The notes under the pieces were generated by a model. That model did not search any database. It was not told the origin of the DNA and saw nothing but the letters and a program-made list of their open reading frames with translations. A stretch of DNA of 64,000 bases. It comes from Camelus ferus. Taxonomy: Eukaryota. The stretch covers positions 40,922,001-40,986,000 of the forward strand of contig NC_045697.1 in assembly GCF_009834535.1 (NCBI RefSeq). Direction: 5' to 3'. Of the stretch, positions 12,311-26,100 are shown in pieces. Position 1 is the stretch's first letter. Each line of letters begins with the position of its first letter. The position numbers were made by a program, and so were the translations under genes.

Positions 12311-15300
12311 TGGCCGGTAAAGTTCTCAGGCTGTATTAAGTAGGGCAGACAAAGGTGTGCTGGAGTGTGCTCATCCGCAATGGCTCATAATTCCTTAGTC
12401 TCAAATCATCCAGGTATAGTATCCCTGCCAGCAGAGTACCTCAGAGCCATAAACTACCTGTCTGGTTAAATGTACCCACACAGATCTGTCCCTGCCTAAG
12501 GACCCCTCTGAGAGAGAGACGGCTGACAACATGAAGTTGCTTGTCAAGTTATAAAAACTCTGCTACAATATTTTAGAGCCCGTTTTAAATTTACAGATTT
12601 GAGGTCACTGACCCTATAACAACCTCTGGATTCACAAGTCATCTCTAATGTGTTAAGGGGCCCTTCATATTCATTTCTTTCAAGAACAGGCTGTAAATAA
12701 ACTTGCACCGAAGTGGCCATTACCCAGTAACTTCTGGCCGGCTGACCTCGAGCCATGTTCCTAGGGCCTCAGTGCCGGCTTTCTGGTCAGCCCAGGAGCC
12801 CCCATCTGGGGGGAGAAAACAAGTCACATGGTGATTTGAAGCAGCTGACTGGATACACAAACAAGTCCACGTGCTGAAGTGCCCCTGGGGGGAGGGTGCA
12901 AAGTCTGACCGTCTGACCACCCAGCAGACATCCATGAATTCCACCAAAAGTTTGCAGACATATTTTTAGATAGGGAATAACTTTAATTTGCGGTAGCCAA
13001 GCTCTTGCTTTTCGATCATAGGCCACTATCTGCAAGGTACGACGCTGATGCCTCAGAAAGATCTATGCAAAATGCATCAAACCACCTCCTCTACCACTTT
13101 TTTTTTTTAATTAAGTGAACTAGAAAGACGGAATGGGGGAAACCACAGGCTTCAATTTCCAGTGCCTGGTGAGAGAGTGGCGACACGTGAGACTCACCAG
13201 CCATTACTAAGGTGGGCTGCACCACAGATGTTCTCACTGACAGAATCTGTTCCCTCCCCCTCCAACCACGTCCCCAGTCAGCGCGGGGGTGGCCTGAGCG
13301 AAGGCTGGAGAGTGGCTGGAGAGCGACAACAGGCCAGGCCAGGGTGCGCTCGCTTTGAGAGAGGTGGTGAAACTCCCGAGGAACTCAGAGCCGCCAGCCT
13401 GGTTGGCCCTGAATGCAGTCGTTCAGCCAGCCCCATGCTGGGGCCTGTCAGGGCGCATTTACTCCCACTGTTCAAGGGCTGCTCCTTGGGGGGTAGGGGC
13501 CCATGTGTTAAAACACTGTGATGAAACTTAAGAAGACTAGTTAGTGTGATTTCCCCTTTTTCTCTTTCCCTTGCACTAAAATAAGAAAGAGCACACGTGG
13601 AAGGAGGGAAGGGCAGGCCGGAGCTGGGCTTGGGAAGTGGGCTGCAAGCACCTTCGCCGGCCAGAGCCCACGGGCCCTGCTGCTAATCTAGGTTAGTCAT
13701 GCAGGATCGCTGAATGCCACTGGGCGCTTCCATGGCAACCCGGCCCACGGGGCAGGCTGTGCACAGCTGACTACCCATTTATCACCCTTGACTGGTCACT
13801 TCGCACAGACCTTCCTCTGATGGATGTGACCAACTCACATTTAAAAGTTTAATTCTCCCTTGGAGGATAGAGTGCAATTTCTCTTGTGTATTTATCTTCA
13901 TAGGTGTGGAAGAGACATTTGGCGGAAGGAAGGGGGAAATCCTGAAATCAACAGGGTGCATTAATTCTCAAAAAGAACGAGGCTTTTCACTGTTTTAGAA
14001 GCACTATGCCATCCTGATTTGAATGTACAAAGGACAGAGCAAAACATAAAACTCACAAGTCTATTCACAAAAGACAGGCAACTCTGGCTTAAGAGAGTGG
14101 TGATATATGTGTCACAAAGTGACAGGCAAAAGGACAGCAGGCTTGGGTGCTCACTTGTGCAAGTGACTTTTTTAGTTTGGAAGCCACCGCTGTTTTAAGT
14201 CCATCTTCTGGCCCTTTGTTTCCATATCCTCTATTCCTACAATTCAGGGATTGGAGAACATTTTTCACATCGGTTTTATGAAAAAAAGTCAATATGCTTC
14301 AAAGCACCATATTTTGTCATTAAACTGTATCACTCACAAATGCATTTAAATATGAGACATCAAAGTGGCTCCATGGTGGAAGGTAGAAGAAATGTTGCTT
14401 CAAAGAATGGAGAACGTTTTCCTCTCCCGCTTTGCGCACGTCAAAGAATTCACAACAGACTTTCTCATAATAAAAATCACTCAGCTAAATCTTCCAAGGA
14501 CTTCACCTTCACTACCCCCTCCACAACTTACACACACAACACACATGAAGAGAAAAAATCAGACTTAATCCCAAAACAAAATCTCATTTTATATAAAAAA
14601 AAAAATCAGCCAAGCAAAAGGACAAAATAGCATTATGTCACAGCTGTTTTCCTCAAGGAGCTCCCAGGGGACCATCTCAAACTAACAGCTCTCTCTGCTA
14701 CTCTCTTCTGCTCGCTGCAAAATGCTCAGCCTCATTAAAACACTGAAATAGTTGTATGTGATGCCATTTTGCAAAATTAAATCAATCTTTTAAGATTTTT
14801 TTTTATACGTTAAGGGCATACATACTATGAGTTTTCAAGTAAGACTGTATCTACCTGGCCAAACTTGGCGGAGGCACGGGGAGTTACTTCAATTCTAAGG
14901 AGAGACGTGTTACTTTTAATTTATCTTTCCAAATGAATCTACCAGGTGCCTCTGCAGGCCTGTTAACGTAGAACAAAGATCTGAGAGGATACACTTTACA
15001 AAAAAATCTATCAAGAAGGAACCCCAGACTAGGGTGGAGGAGGTAGGTGGTTTAGGGAAGATCTTGCTTTAACATTGTTTTAAACATGCTTTTTCACAAG
15101 GAAGTATTCATTCATTATTTGTATAGTTAAAATTTCTAATTAAAACCAAAAGCAGCAGCCTCAGACACATATAACATCAAAATGAGGGGTAAAGAAATAC
15201 TGCTGTGTTGATAATTTTGGCAGTTAACTCTCATCAGAAACTCTGAAAACTGATTCTGGACCCTGGACTCAGCCTTTGACATTCACTAAATAATAATTAC

Positions 15301-16693
15301 AGACCCATCTTCATAAAACTGCCTTGAAGGCTGTGTTCCAAAGTTCACACCAGCAGCTGCTGTTTTTTAACTGAAGTAGTCTCATTATAACCCATTTTGT
15401 TCTTCTTAATAAGTCATATAAATATATCTTGAGGGGCATTTTTTTACCCTATAGATGGAAAATCACAAGAACCTGTCTTGCTCATTAACTGGTCTTAAAG
15501 GGGGTTTAGGGGGGAAGGGGGAAATCATCAGCGGGGGGGCGCAGTGGGGATACACAGCTCTAACAAAAGTAGGATGAGGAAAAGGAGACAGATGACCTAA
15601 TGCGTCCCTGTGTGCCGTACACCAGGTCCCGGACCTTCCAAACACATTTTAAAAACAAGAAGCTAGTTCTGACAGAGGAAGGCCTTGGTGCCAGTGACAC
15701 AATTACACAAACCACACCAGGGAGAAGAAATCATTCCCAATTTTGAAGATCTGACGATGTAGATAGCTAGCAGTTAATCAACTATTTGTTTTTAATGTTA
15801 CTTGAAGTGAGAACATATTAACGTTACTGACAAATTCCAGAAAACTCGGTCTGAGAAGGGTTCCCTAAAAATGCAGACAGGACTTAACTGCAGTTAATTG
15901 AAAGGACATACAGAAATTACTCCCTGGGTCAGGCTCACTGGGGCTAAATCTGATACCTGACTAGTTATTTATGTTTATGTCCCCTTTAGTTAGAAGGATC
16001 CCTGGTGATCCAGAGCCGCCTCTGCCTGCCTGCTTGTGGGCACTGCGCATTTGGCACCCATCAGAAACATGGGTAGAAGCTTCCCCTGCAAGTCTGGTCT
16101 GTGCTAGGATCAGCCAGAGCTCTGGCCTCATTCCCAGGGCATTCTGCTTACACACTCAACTGACCGTGAAGGACCACATCACATACCTATAAAATAATGA
16201 GGCTGGTGAAAGTCTGTATCATTACAGCTACAAATTAAAAGAATGCTGCAGTCACAAACTAAGGAAGAATGCAGACAAGCAAGCCTTAAGTTTTGTTTTT
16301 TTAATGCTCGCCTCATTTAATTCATACTCAACTTAAAAAAAAAAGTTTAGGGCATTAAATCAATTAAGCATGCAAAATTGAAATGAAGTGTTGTGTGGAC
16401 TTCCTCCCTTCTTGTCATCCTGGGCTACCTAGCTCCACAAAGCTGCCTCTCTCTAAAAAGCATGCGTCTGGTCCTGTTACTCACCCATCTGATAAGCTTT
16501 CTGAGCCCCCTGCTGCCTACAGGATTAAAGCTGACGGGTGACTGTGCAAGCAACCCTTTTCCACCTGGCTTCCACTTACCTCTCAGTCCTCACGGAGGAC
16601 CCTTTTCCACTGACTGCCTCTCCATTCAACCCTGAGCACAAGGAACTGGGAGGCTGGAGAAACGGCCCTCCTCTCTCTGCCAGTTCTCTGATG

Positions 16694-16727
16694 AACTCCT
16701 AACTTGACTTAACTCCTAACCTGACTT
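16694..16727 (+). repeat. 17-bp tandem duplication
   Basis: aactcctaacttgactt / aactcctaacctgactt. Confidence 0.85.
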
Positions 16728-17569
16728 TCAAAGCCTTCCAAAACATCCCTGCCTCCACTCTCACCTCCCATCTCCTGCTGTGAATGATTTCTTTCTCGTG
16801 AAACATTCTTCTTGCCAATCTGCCCATGTTTACATTTACAAAAATAAGACTGTACATGAGCCTACAGATTTCCCTTATTAGACTGTGAGCTCCTTAAGGG
16901 CAAGGACTATTTCTGAGTGCTTAGCAAAAAGTGGTGCTTAACACATCTTTGACTAAAACAATTATATTCCAGCCTTACTCAATTGCAAACAACCCAGAAT
17001 TCCACCGAATTCTGCCAGTCTTCTTTTACTATTTGATGACAAAATATGATTCATTGTCTGATGCCTAAAACCGATTTTACCAGACTGTTGTACGCATCAA
17101 GTGATTCAAACCTGGAAGGAAGCTGACATCATTCTTTTCCAGATCAGCCGTGCAAGCCACCTCAGCTCACAGAGTATGTTTATCAGTTAATGTTATAGGT
17201 TTTATTCTTCAACTAGTCATAAAAGTCCAACTATACTACATCAAAGGGAAAAAAGGTTGGCAACATTTAGAGCAAATACAATTTTAAATTAACAAGATTC
17301 AAAATACTAATAAGGTGTCTCTAGGACTAAAACTTCAGCAACAACACTCCCACAATGAAAAATTCTCTCAGAAAACACAAGATCTAGGAGTATTTTAAAA
17401 TGCAAATCAGACTATGCAGCCCCTTCCACCGAGGAAAGCCCTCCACCTCCAAAGGCTCCCCCGCGTCCAAGATTCCCATCCAGACGCCTGGCCAGGCGGC
17501 TCCTTCCTCACTTCCTCTCCACTGCTGCCTCCCACATCCGTTCCCCTCCAGTGTGGCCTTCCCATGCCT

Positions 17570-17935
17570 GCTCGAGCTGTGCACTGCTGAGCCCCATCTG
17601 GATACTCTGTCCCTAAAGACAAGGACAACGTTGTCACCAGTATCTCCGGTTAAGTATCAGCTTCTCATCGAGGTCCCAGATCTGAATGGCCACTCTGGCC
17701 CACCCCCACGCCTACCCTGGGCTCTCCAGTACTTCACTGTGCTCTCTCTCTTTTTATCACTATCTAACATGGTCTTGTCTGTTCATTTATCTGTTTAATT
17801 ATATCTGGATCCCCACCCTTACCTCCAGGAAGAATGTAAGCTCTGCAGAAGGTCAGTCACCTTTCCTCTCTTCCTCCTCACTATGTACCCAGCACTAACC
17901 TATTAGGCTAAATGAGTATTAGTTGAGTGGATGGA
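17570..17935 (+). mobile_element. L2 3' fragment
   Basis: gaatgtaagctctgcagaaggtcag...tacccagcacta...gagtattagttgagtggatggaa. Confidence 0.6.
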
Positions 17936-17994
17936 ATTCTGCATACAGCTGCAGACACAATAGTAGTTTTTTTAAATTAAAAAAACATCATACA

Positions 17995-18142
17995 TACCAA
18001 ATATGCCACACTGATGAGGGATGTTGAGGGTAGGGAAGTATACATGTGTGGGTGGGGAGGGCTATGTGGGAACTCCATGTTTTCTGCTCAATTCTGTTGT
18101 GAACCTGAAACTGCTCTAAAAGAATAAAGTCTATTAAAAAAA
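17995..18142 (+). mobile_element. L1MC-like 3' end
   Basis: tgggaactccatgttttctgctcaattctgttgtgaacctgaaactgctctaaaagaataaagtctatt. Confidence 0.75.
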
Positions 18143-20239
18143 CATACAATTTGAAGTTAACAGAAGCATTTTCAAAGACAATCTTTTTTTTTTTAACTAA
18201 GCAGTTATGGACAGCATCCTCTGATTAATACATCAAATTTTCAATCACCACATAGAAAACAAGGGAAAAAAAAATCATTTCCAAAAGCATCTTGTATCTC
18301 ATGAAACTGCTAAAATGTCCCTAAGTGGATTTTTAAAAGCAACTCTTTTCTCAAATTATACAGGAGCAGTTTTTTGTTGTTGTTTTTAAAAAAAAAAAGA
18401 TTAAATCTAGTCATAAGAGATCAAACATACTATGTGGCTATTTTTTAATCACTCAACAGCTTAAACATCAGATAATTTCCAACACACACCAAACTGAACA
18501 AACTACACTCTACAGAACAGCTTGGAAAACTGTACAGGATTTACCATCCCAAAAGGAAGAGTCCCTCCCAATGACTGAACTTCTAACACACATTCCAGAA
18601 AACCAATTGCACCACATACGATAAGAAGAACTGTTTGAAACCGGGCCAATGTACCAAATCCAGCTCCAGCCAGAACAAATGCTCAGCATTTAGACTTGCT
18701 AACCAACTGCAAAAAGCAACAGGAAAAGGCTCACACTTGGAAAATGAAAGGAAAAGCAATGTCTGTGTATTGATAAGAACAGTAGGAACAATGGGATAAT
18801 AAGGATACTGGCAGGATGCGATTTATTTCCCTAAAGAAGAAAATATTAAGAAACATTTATTCTTTAAATGAGTACAGAGAGATCCAACACATTTTTCAGT
18901 TAATGAACAAACCCCAGCAAATGGCAGGGCTCCTCCTCTACCTGCTTAATGAAGCTCAATCCACAAAGGAAGAGGGGATCTAAAGCTGAACTCAAGGATC
19001 CTCCGTTCCCCAATCAACACACAACTTTCAGGAGTAGAAATCATCACCAGTTGCGTTTTAAACCTAGTTAAACAGGCTGCTGTGGACACACGTATGAAGA
19101 GACAAACTTCCTAGGACTGAAACAAGTTTGCAGGCTTGAACAATCGCATGGAATAAAACCACACAGATATCTAATCTTCCCTGCGATTTACACAAAGGAG
19201 AACAAAAACCTAAGAATAAAGTGTTCCTGTAAGTGTTTCTACAGAACCATCAGCATTTTCCTTTACATCTTGACTTACAGTTCTCTCTCCTTTTGGTTAA
19301 CTGCACATGTCACATTTGTTTTTCACAGAAAGAAAGCTCCATGTCATAAAAACTAGAGCCAGTCTCATTATTCCATTTCATTCCACAGACAACTCGAGTA
19401 GGAAGAACAGGGAGAGTATTATAGGAGAAGAAAGCTGGAAACATGTATTGGTGTTTTATATGGCAACAAGCAACAATTACACGTTTCTAAATATTCTCAT
19501 TTCATCATAACCCCGGCTCACCTCCTACCACCGGCTATAACTGGCCTGGCCTTAAAGCTGAACAGTAAGTCATTGTGTTTCTGGAGAAGTCTCCCTTCAT
19601 TTTGACCTCTGCTGAGCAGTGTTATGAGCCTTACAAAGCTTGTCAGGATTCTTTGGGCTGGATTTTGGCCCAGCCGTGAACATTTATATGCAGAATCTAT
19701 CATTCTTTTTCCCCATCACTGCCAACAGGCAGTTCACTTGCATAAAACAAAGGGTATTTATCAAACTTAATAAAGCACCCTTCCCCTTCTTCAATGCTAG
19801 TAAACTAGAATCGGAGAGCTCAATTATGTGAAAAGGAAAAGCAGCACAGTTCAGGATTCTGCAGATTATGCCCTTTAGAATGCTTCAGAATTTCCATTTT
19901 TACCTCTCTCTTCAAAAAGCAGAGGCTAATATATCCATTGTAAGGAAATGATAAGGAAACATTCAGAATTATCAAATACACTGTTAACTTACATTAAACA
20001 AGGCCTCTGATTGTTAAGTATTTTCTTCAAACAGAACGGCATTTTAAATATTATTTACGCCACTTAAATTTATTTAAGAGCACTGCTGCACTCATCTCTG
20101 GTTTTCTGCAGTCCGACTCAAGATCTTAACCCGAAGAACGGGAACAGGAGATGCTTCCAGTCAACCCTGACCCCTATGTGCTAGACCCAGCAACAAAAGA
20201 AGTAAAGATACAACCTAGTGGGAGAAATAAAGGGGGGGG

Positions 20240-20640
20240 GCCACTACGAGTGACTACAGAGGTCGGTTACAAGGGCTCAAGAATCAGAGGAGAACACCAG
20301 TCTACATGGAGGGGCCTTGGACAGTTTAATTAAGAGCAGTGCCACCTGAGCTTGCAGGCTGGGCAGAAGTCTGGTAGAGTGGAAGGGACCCCCACACCCG
20401 TGCTGAGCAAGGGATCCTCGGCCGTGGGTATCTGCACCCATCTCGCCTTGTTCCCCACGCACAACTCCTCGTAGAACGGATCCAAAGAACCCTGGGGTGT
20501 TTGTGGGGGTGACAGCTTTTTGCAGCCATCCACTCCGAGAGGCTTGCCTAGGCCTCAGCGGTCTTTCTTGGGGACAGTCCCCTGATAACGTCGTGTGGGC
20601 TTTCCTCAGCCTGAAACGATCATCTCAAATACCCCGCACA
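20240..20640 (-). mobile_element. Probable ERVL-class (MER54/MER70-like) LTR relic; left boundary uncertain
   Basis: Minus strand starts TGTGCGGGG, is GC-elevated, and has ATTAAA at 20330-20325 followed by a GT-rich stretch. Family assignment is from memory only. Confidence 0.4.
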
Positions 20641-21187
20641 CCAAAAACTGTCCATTTTAGAAAATGAATGGGGTGGGGGTGTCAAAGTTTAGAATGCAAA
20701 TGGACTTGACAGTGGCCACAGATGATCACAAAAGCAAAGCTGATGACTCCTCCCACACCCTCCTTCCCTGATGCGTGGAGGGCAGCCCCAGAGCCCGAGC
20801 GCACAGCCCGCTACAGAGCCTCTCCATGCAGTCCACCTTGATTGTCTAATTCAAGTGTTTTACACTGTTTTCAAGACCTCCAATGTATCATTCTGTTTGC
20901 TGAGCCAGCGGTCACAATTCCAGAACTGAAAAAGGTCAGCAGTAAATTTAAAAGAACGTTTAATTGAATATCTCCACCTGAAACTGTTCCTTAACTTCCC
21001 GACATGATTGGGCCAGAAATTTCAGAGTTGTGAGTAAAATTAGTTAGAGAATAAGGCTACCAGTGCCAAAGAAGGGAAAAAAAATTTTTTTAACATTCTT
21101 ATTTGACTTAACATTGATCAATATTCACGCTTCCACCTGTAAATGTGCACTGAACAAAGTTAGCAGAAACAAAAAGAGGGACGGGAA

Positions 21188-21335
21188 CAGGGGTTGGCCA
21201 GCTATGGCTTACGGGCCAAGTCTGGCCCAGCTGCCTGTTTTTGTGAACACTGATTCGAACACAACCGTGCCCATTTGTTTACATACTGTCCACGGCTGCT
21301 GCGGCCCTAGGACAGCAGGGGTGAGGAGCTGCCAA
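21188..21335 (+). mobile_element. MER58-like hAT MITE fragment
   Basis: caggggttggccagctatggcttacgggccaagtctggcccagctgcctgtttttgtgaa...cccatttgtttacatactgtcc. Confidence 0.75.
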
Positions 21336-23254
21336 GTTGAGTGGTGGCAGCGAAGAATGGAAAGATATACAAAATCTCTACTCTTATCTCTAATTATCCA
21401 ATTTTAATGCCTTACTCTCTTATTCCAAAAGATCTGGATAATGCAGTGTGTGGTGAGACATGTCCTAAGCTGCCAAGCCTTCGGGTTCCAGCGCCACCCA
21501 CAACGTGTCACTCACACTAGGATGCTATCCGCCATCTCCAGGACTCAGCTTCCCCGTCTCAATACCTTGTCTGGCCTAACAGTCAAAAGCCTCAAAGAGT
21601 TGAAAAAAAAAAAAAAAGTGTGCTGGTGGAAGTCAGGGAGATGCATGAAGCATAAAAACCATGCCAGTCACTGGTTCCAGCTGCATCTTCAACAGAATAA
21701 TGGCCTTCACACTACAACTCTTAACAATTTTATGATGAAATAAATGGAAAAGGACAGGATGTAAGGGAGATGGCAGAGCAAAAGAAAAAACATTAAGGGA
21801 AGCTCTGGGATTAAAAACTCCCAAGGCACAGTGAGTCCATCCAACTTCCCTGAGCTATCTACTCTGGCAGGCCGGTGTGGTTTTTGGAAAATATGAAGAA
21901 TTAGGCCAGTGGCTGCTATTAAAGGTCAGAACTCACTGTTCCTCAAATGTCCTGGTTCTTCAGAAGTCTGGTGGGAGACTGCACCACTAGATTTGAGTAC
22001 CTTTATTTAAATAAAAGGACAGCTGTTAGGTTGATGGTAGAAGGGAACTGGTTCACAGCCTTGATAAATTAAGCTGAGATCTTCCAATGGAGGTACAGTG
22101 AACCTCTTATTTGATGTCTTATTCCTTTGAATTTAAAACCTCCTAGGGGATCTCCCAGGAATTAAGGCTGCTACCCTCACCTCTGCTCTCAGGGGGACGC
22201 TGCCTCCCTCACAACTCTGGCCCAATCATAGTCTCAACTGTTTCCTTACACTCAAATAGCTGAGACATAACTGGAACATTCACATTAAACTTTACCAAAA
22301 GCTGGAGGATAACAGAACAGAAATAAGCAGGTAACATGCAACCAGATAATTTGATTGACAATTTACAACTTTTCTCGATTCAGCTTGGAGCCCTTGATTA
22401 CGTATAGAACCACCGCCAGGGAAGACATGCCATCACCCCCAGACTTCTCTCATCCTGCCCAGGAGGGAGGCTCTGAGACCCCTGCGCCCACCCACACGGG
22501 ATGACAGAAGTCACCTATGCCTACCACTTTCGGGAGAGCCCCCGCCTTCCTACCCCTGACTTTCACACATAACCCTGGAAGCACATAACCCAGTCAGCCT
22601 AGCATTCATTCCTCTAACTCACACACCCTTAACAAAGGAGCAAGGGGTGAGTTACTTACACTCTGTTCCAGGCATTTTACTGTTACCCCAAAACAGGGAG
22701 GTCTTAAAGAATGGGTGGAGCCAGTAGTCCTCGCAAAGTGTCTTCACTAGGGCAAGGGCTAATTCAAACCAAAAAAATGTATCTTTAATGATTCTGGAGT
22801 CAGACTCAAATGTTCAAAGTACTCTGTAAAGAAGAATTTGCTTATTTTAAGGAAAGCAGTCACCATATCCCTAGTCATGGACACAGAAGAAATTTCAGTT
22901 TCAGCAGTCATGGCAGAAGTCATTTTAAAACAATATTCAATATATCTTAGAAGGTGCTAAAATGCCAGAAACTTAATACAGCAATCCAAGAGAATTCTTA
23001 GCAAAAGAAATCTGGGTAAAGAAAAATGTACCTTAACCAAAGGTTTTAGTCTGAGACCTCTATAAACTAAGTAAATAATCTCTACAAAATGAGACACTAT
23101 CAAGCACATACAACTCATCCTACAATTAAAAAAAAAAAGAAAGAAATGACACCCTGGAAGGAGGAAAAATAAAACAGAAGAATGTCTGTTTACTCATCTT
23201 CTAATCATCCTCCCACATACACACCAAAAAAATAGCCCTAAGATTAGTTCTATA

Positions 23255-23635
23255 ACGTATTCATAGTTTGAGTTACACAGATGTATGCCTTGTCAAAACA
23301 TACCAGTGCACTCAAGGTTTGTACATTTTGAAGCATAGAAATTGTATGGCAGAAGGGGAAGGGGGGGTCACTGTAAATAAATACTTGAACATCAGTTAAT
23401 GGCATACAAGCCTAAGTATTTAGGGGGAAGTACACTGATATCTGCAAATGATATAAAAAGCACAAAAGGCAGACTGCTGGACAGTTTCAGAGACGAAGAG
23501 ATGAAGAGATACATGGTAACGTAAGTTCAATAAAGTGTTAACAATATAATCTGGGAATAAGGCTTTTTACTGCGGAATTCTTTCAACTCTTCTGATGGTT
23601 TGGAAATGTTCACATTACAACATTAAGAAAAACCA
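23255..23635 (+). mobile_element. Old L1 (L1MC/ME-like) 3' UTR fragment
   Basis: gttacacagatgtatgccttgtcaaaac...aagtatttagggggaagtacactgatatctgcaa...attctttcaactcttctg. Confidence 0.6.
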
Positions 23636-24819
23636 CAAGAATAAACTAGTAAATATGATAGGAGCTGAGAGGCTGCCCCATGCTGGGAGCTCCCACAACT
23701 TTCCCTCAGACATATTCAGAGACTTCTGGTGAAATCTGAATTTTTATCAGAAAGGAAGAACTTGGAAGCACAAATTCACCTATCCAATAGCATGGTGGAC
23801 CTTTGGAAGGAAAGGAAGGAACTAAGAGTGGCCCTGAACTTGTGAGACACACGATCGCATCGGCTGTGAGCGGAACTGAAACAGCTTGATCGTCTGCGTG
23901 CGTGGTGCGCATGAGTGGTCTCTGCACGAGCACACTGAGCAAAACCTTACCTCACTCCTTCAACGTCTTGCTCTGGCTTCTGCTTTTTGCTCTATTGAGA
24001 AACTACAAGCCATCAGGCAGAGATACATACACACATTTGCAGGAGTCAGTTTCGGGCTCCCATCTGCAAAGCTTTCAGGGCAATCGCCTTAGCAACCACT
24101 GTGAAGACTTAATTCACCTTTTCCTCCTCCTTTCCTTCCCCATCTTCAACTTAAAAAAAAAAAAAAAGTTTTTCCCTATTTGAGAACTAGGTTGTTTGTG
24201 AGGTTTTGGAAAATTAATCTTCTTTGATTCTTGTCCTATTTCTTCATGTACTGATTTAGTGCCTATAAAGGAAGCACCAGAATCACATTTCCTTCTTCAT
24301 ATTTCAAAGTGTTTTTCCTGCAAGCCTTCCCTACAAAATTACCAAGCAAGAAAGCTTTGGGCTTTAAGGAGGGCCTAATTCTATGGTTCCGCTTTCCCTA
24401 GTTTGAGCTGCATCTGATATCTAACATACAAGAGGCCCAGATTTTAGAAATGCATTTTACACAAGTAAATCTGTAATACAATAGGTGGTTACTTTATACC
24501 TACCAATCTCCGTTTCTGCATAATTTTTTCCCTCAAACTAGTTCAAAATGCTGCTGCAATCAACCTCTTCCCTGGCAGATATGTTGAGGCCCACCTCACT
24601 CAGGGTTCTCTCCTTGCTCCTTTAGAAAGCTCGCCCTCGTTCTCTGCTAATGCGCCCTCGCCACCTCCAACCCCTCGACCACCTCCTGCTACTGAGCAGC
24701 TGGATAGCCACTCAAGGTCTCCAAATGGAGACCTTCTTTGGTTGAATCTGGAGAAGACAGAGAGGAGGCTGAGCAATATAGGGCAGGGTGGAACATGCTG
24801 GTTACCAGCATACTAAGCT

Positions 24820-25020
24820 GGGTAAGAGCATGGTCTCTGGAGTTAGCAAGGGGTCAAACTGGGCTCTGCCACTTGCCAGCTGTGATCCTCTGGGCAAGTC
24901 ATTTAACCTGAGTCTCAGTTACATCAGCCATAAAAGGGGGGGGGGTGCTAATAATAGCCCCAAGTCCCTAAGATTAATATGAGGATTAAGTGAGCTAATG
25001 ACTGCTAAACTGCACAGTCA
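24820..25020 (+). mobile_element. MIR
   Basis: ggctctgccacttgccagctgtgatcctctgggcaagtcatttaacctgagtctcagtt...tgaggattaagtgagctaat. Confidence 0.72.
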
Positions 25021-25430
25021 ACAGAGCACTGAAGTGGGTAAGCAAGAAGTCTAAAAATGCCCCCCAGATGCAACTCCAGCCCTAAAAACTATACCCAGCT
25101 CTTCACCCACTCAGGTTTGACACTTTCCTAATTCACAGCTTGTATCCATTCAAGCTGGTGCCCACGCCACGGCCCTTCTGCTTCAACAAATCCTTCCCTC
25201 ACCACACTCAGAAGTGTTTCTTCCATTTTCTGAGTTTCTATGAGAAGTCTGACCACTTCTCCCTTTTCTATAGGGCTGTGTAATCCCCACGGTACCCAGC
25301 AATGTCTTGTGTACTGTGTCCCAAAAGGCTAAGTAACTCATATTTGGGGCCAGCACTGATTAACTGGAAGTCTGAGGACAAGGTACAGGTGCTCTCTGAA
25401 GCACACCTATGATGAAGGGGACCTGGAGAG

Positions 25431-25792
25431 CAGAGGTCCGCAATCGTGGCACTGCTGATGTTCTGAGCCAAATCGTTCTCTGCGGTGGTGGCTGTCCTGT
25501 GCATTTCCAGGATGTTTAGCAGTATGGCCTCTATCTTAAATGATGGTAGCACACCCTCCTCCCCACTGTAACAATCAAATACGCGTGGTGGGAAGTGGAG
25601 TTGGAGGGTATAGCTCAGCGGTAGAGTGCAGTGCTTAGCAAGCACGAGGTCCTGGGTTCAAACCCCAGTACTTCCATTGAAATAAATAAATTAAAATGTT
25701 TCTAGACATTGCCAAATATCCCTGGGGATGGGGGGGTGGTAATATATACTCTCTTCCTTTTTTCCCTTTCTCCCCCATGTTGAGAGCCACTA
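25431..25792 (-). mobile_element. MER20 (hAT-Charlie) split by a SINE
   Basis: ggctgtcctgtgcatttccaggatgtttagcag... and tagacattgccaaatatccctgggg...gttgagagccact match the MER20 reverse complement. Confidence 0.8.
25603..25695 (+). mobile_element. tRNA-Ala-derived SINE nested in MER20
   Basis: ggagggtatagctcagcggtagagtgcagtgcttagcaagcacgaggtcctgggttcaaaccccagtacttcca followed by an aataa tail. Confidence 0.88.
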
Positions 25793-25919
25793 CTGGAGAA
25801 TGAGAAATAGTCCCCAAGTCACTGAATTCCTTTTCTACCGAGAAAGCAGATTGAAGACAAACATGGAGATCTTTCCTAATAGCTACTTTTGTGACAGGCA
25901 CCTTCCAGACTATCTTTAC

Positions 25920-26100
25920 CAAGCTATGGCTAACAGGGTAAGTCACAAACCCTAAGCTCTAGTTTCCCCTTCTCTAAAATAGAGACATTGTACCAAAGGT
26001 TTCGGACTGTTGTGACAATTGAATTACCTAATGCATACATAATGCTTAGCCCAGTGCCTGGCACACAGTTAAGTATTCAGTAGCTGTGAGTTATTATTAA
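25920..26100 (+). mobile_element. MIR
   Basis: gggtaagtcac...agtttccccttctctaaaat...gcttagcccagtgcctggcacacagttaagtattcagta. Confidence 0.68.
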
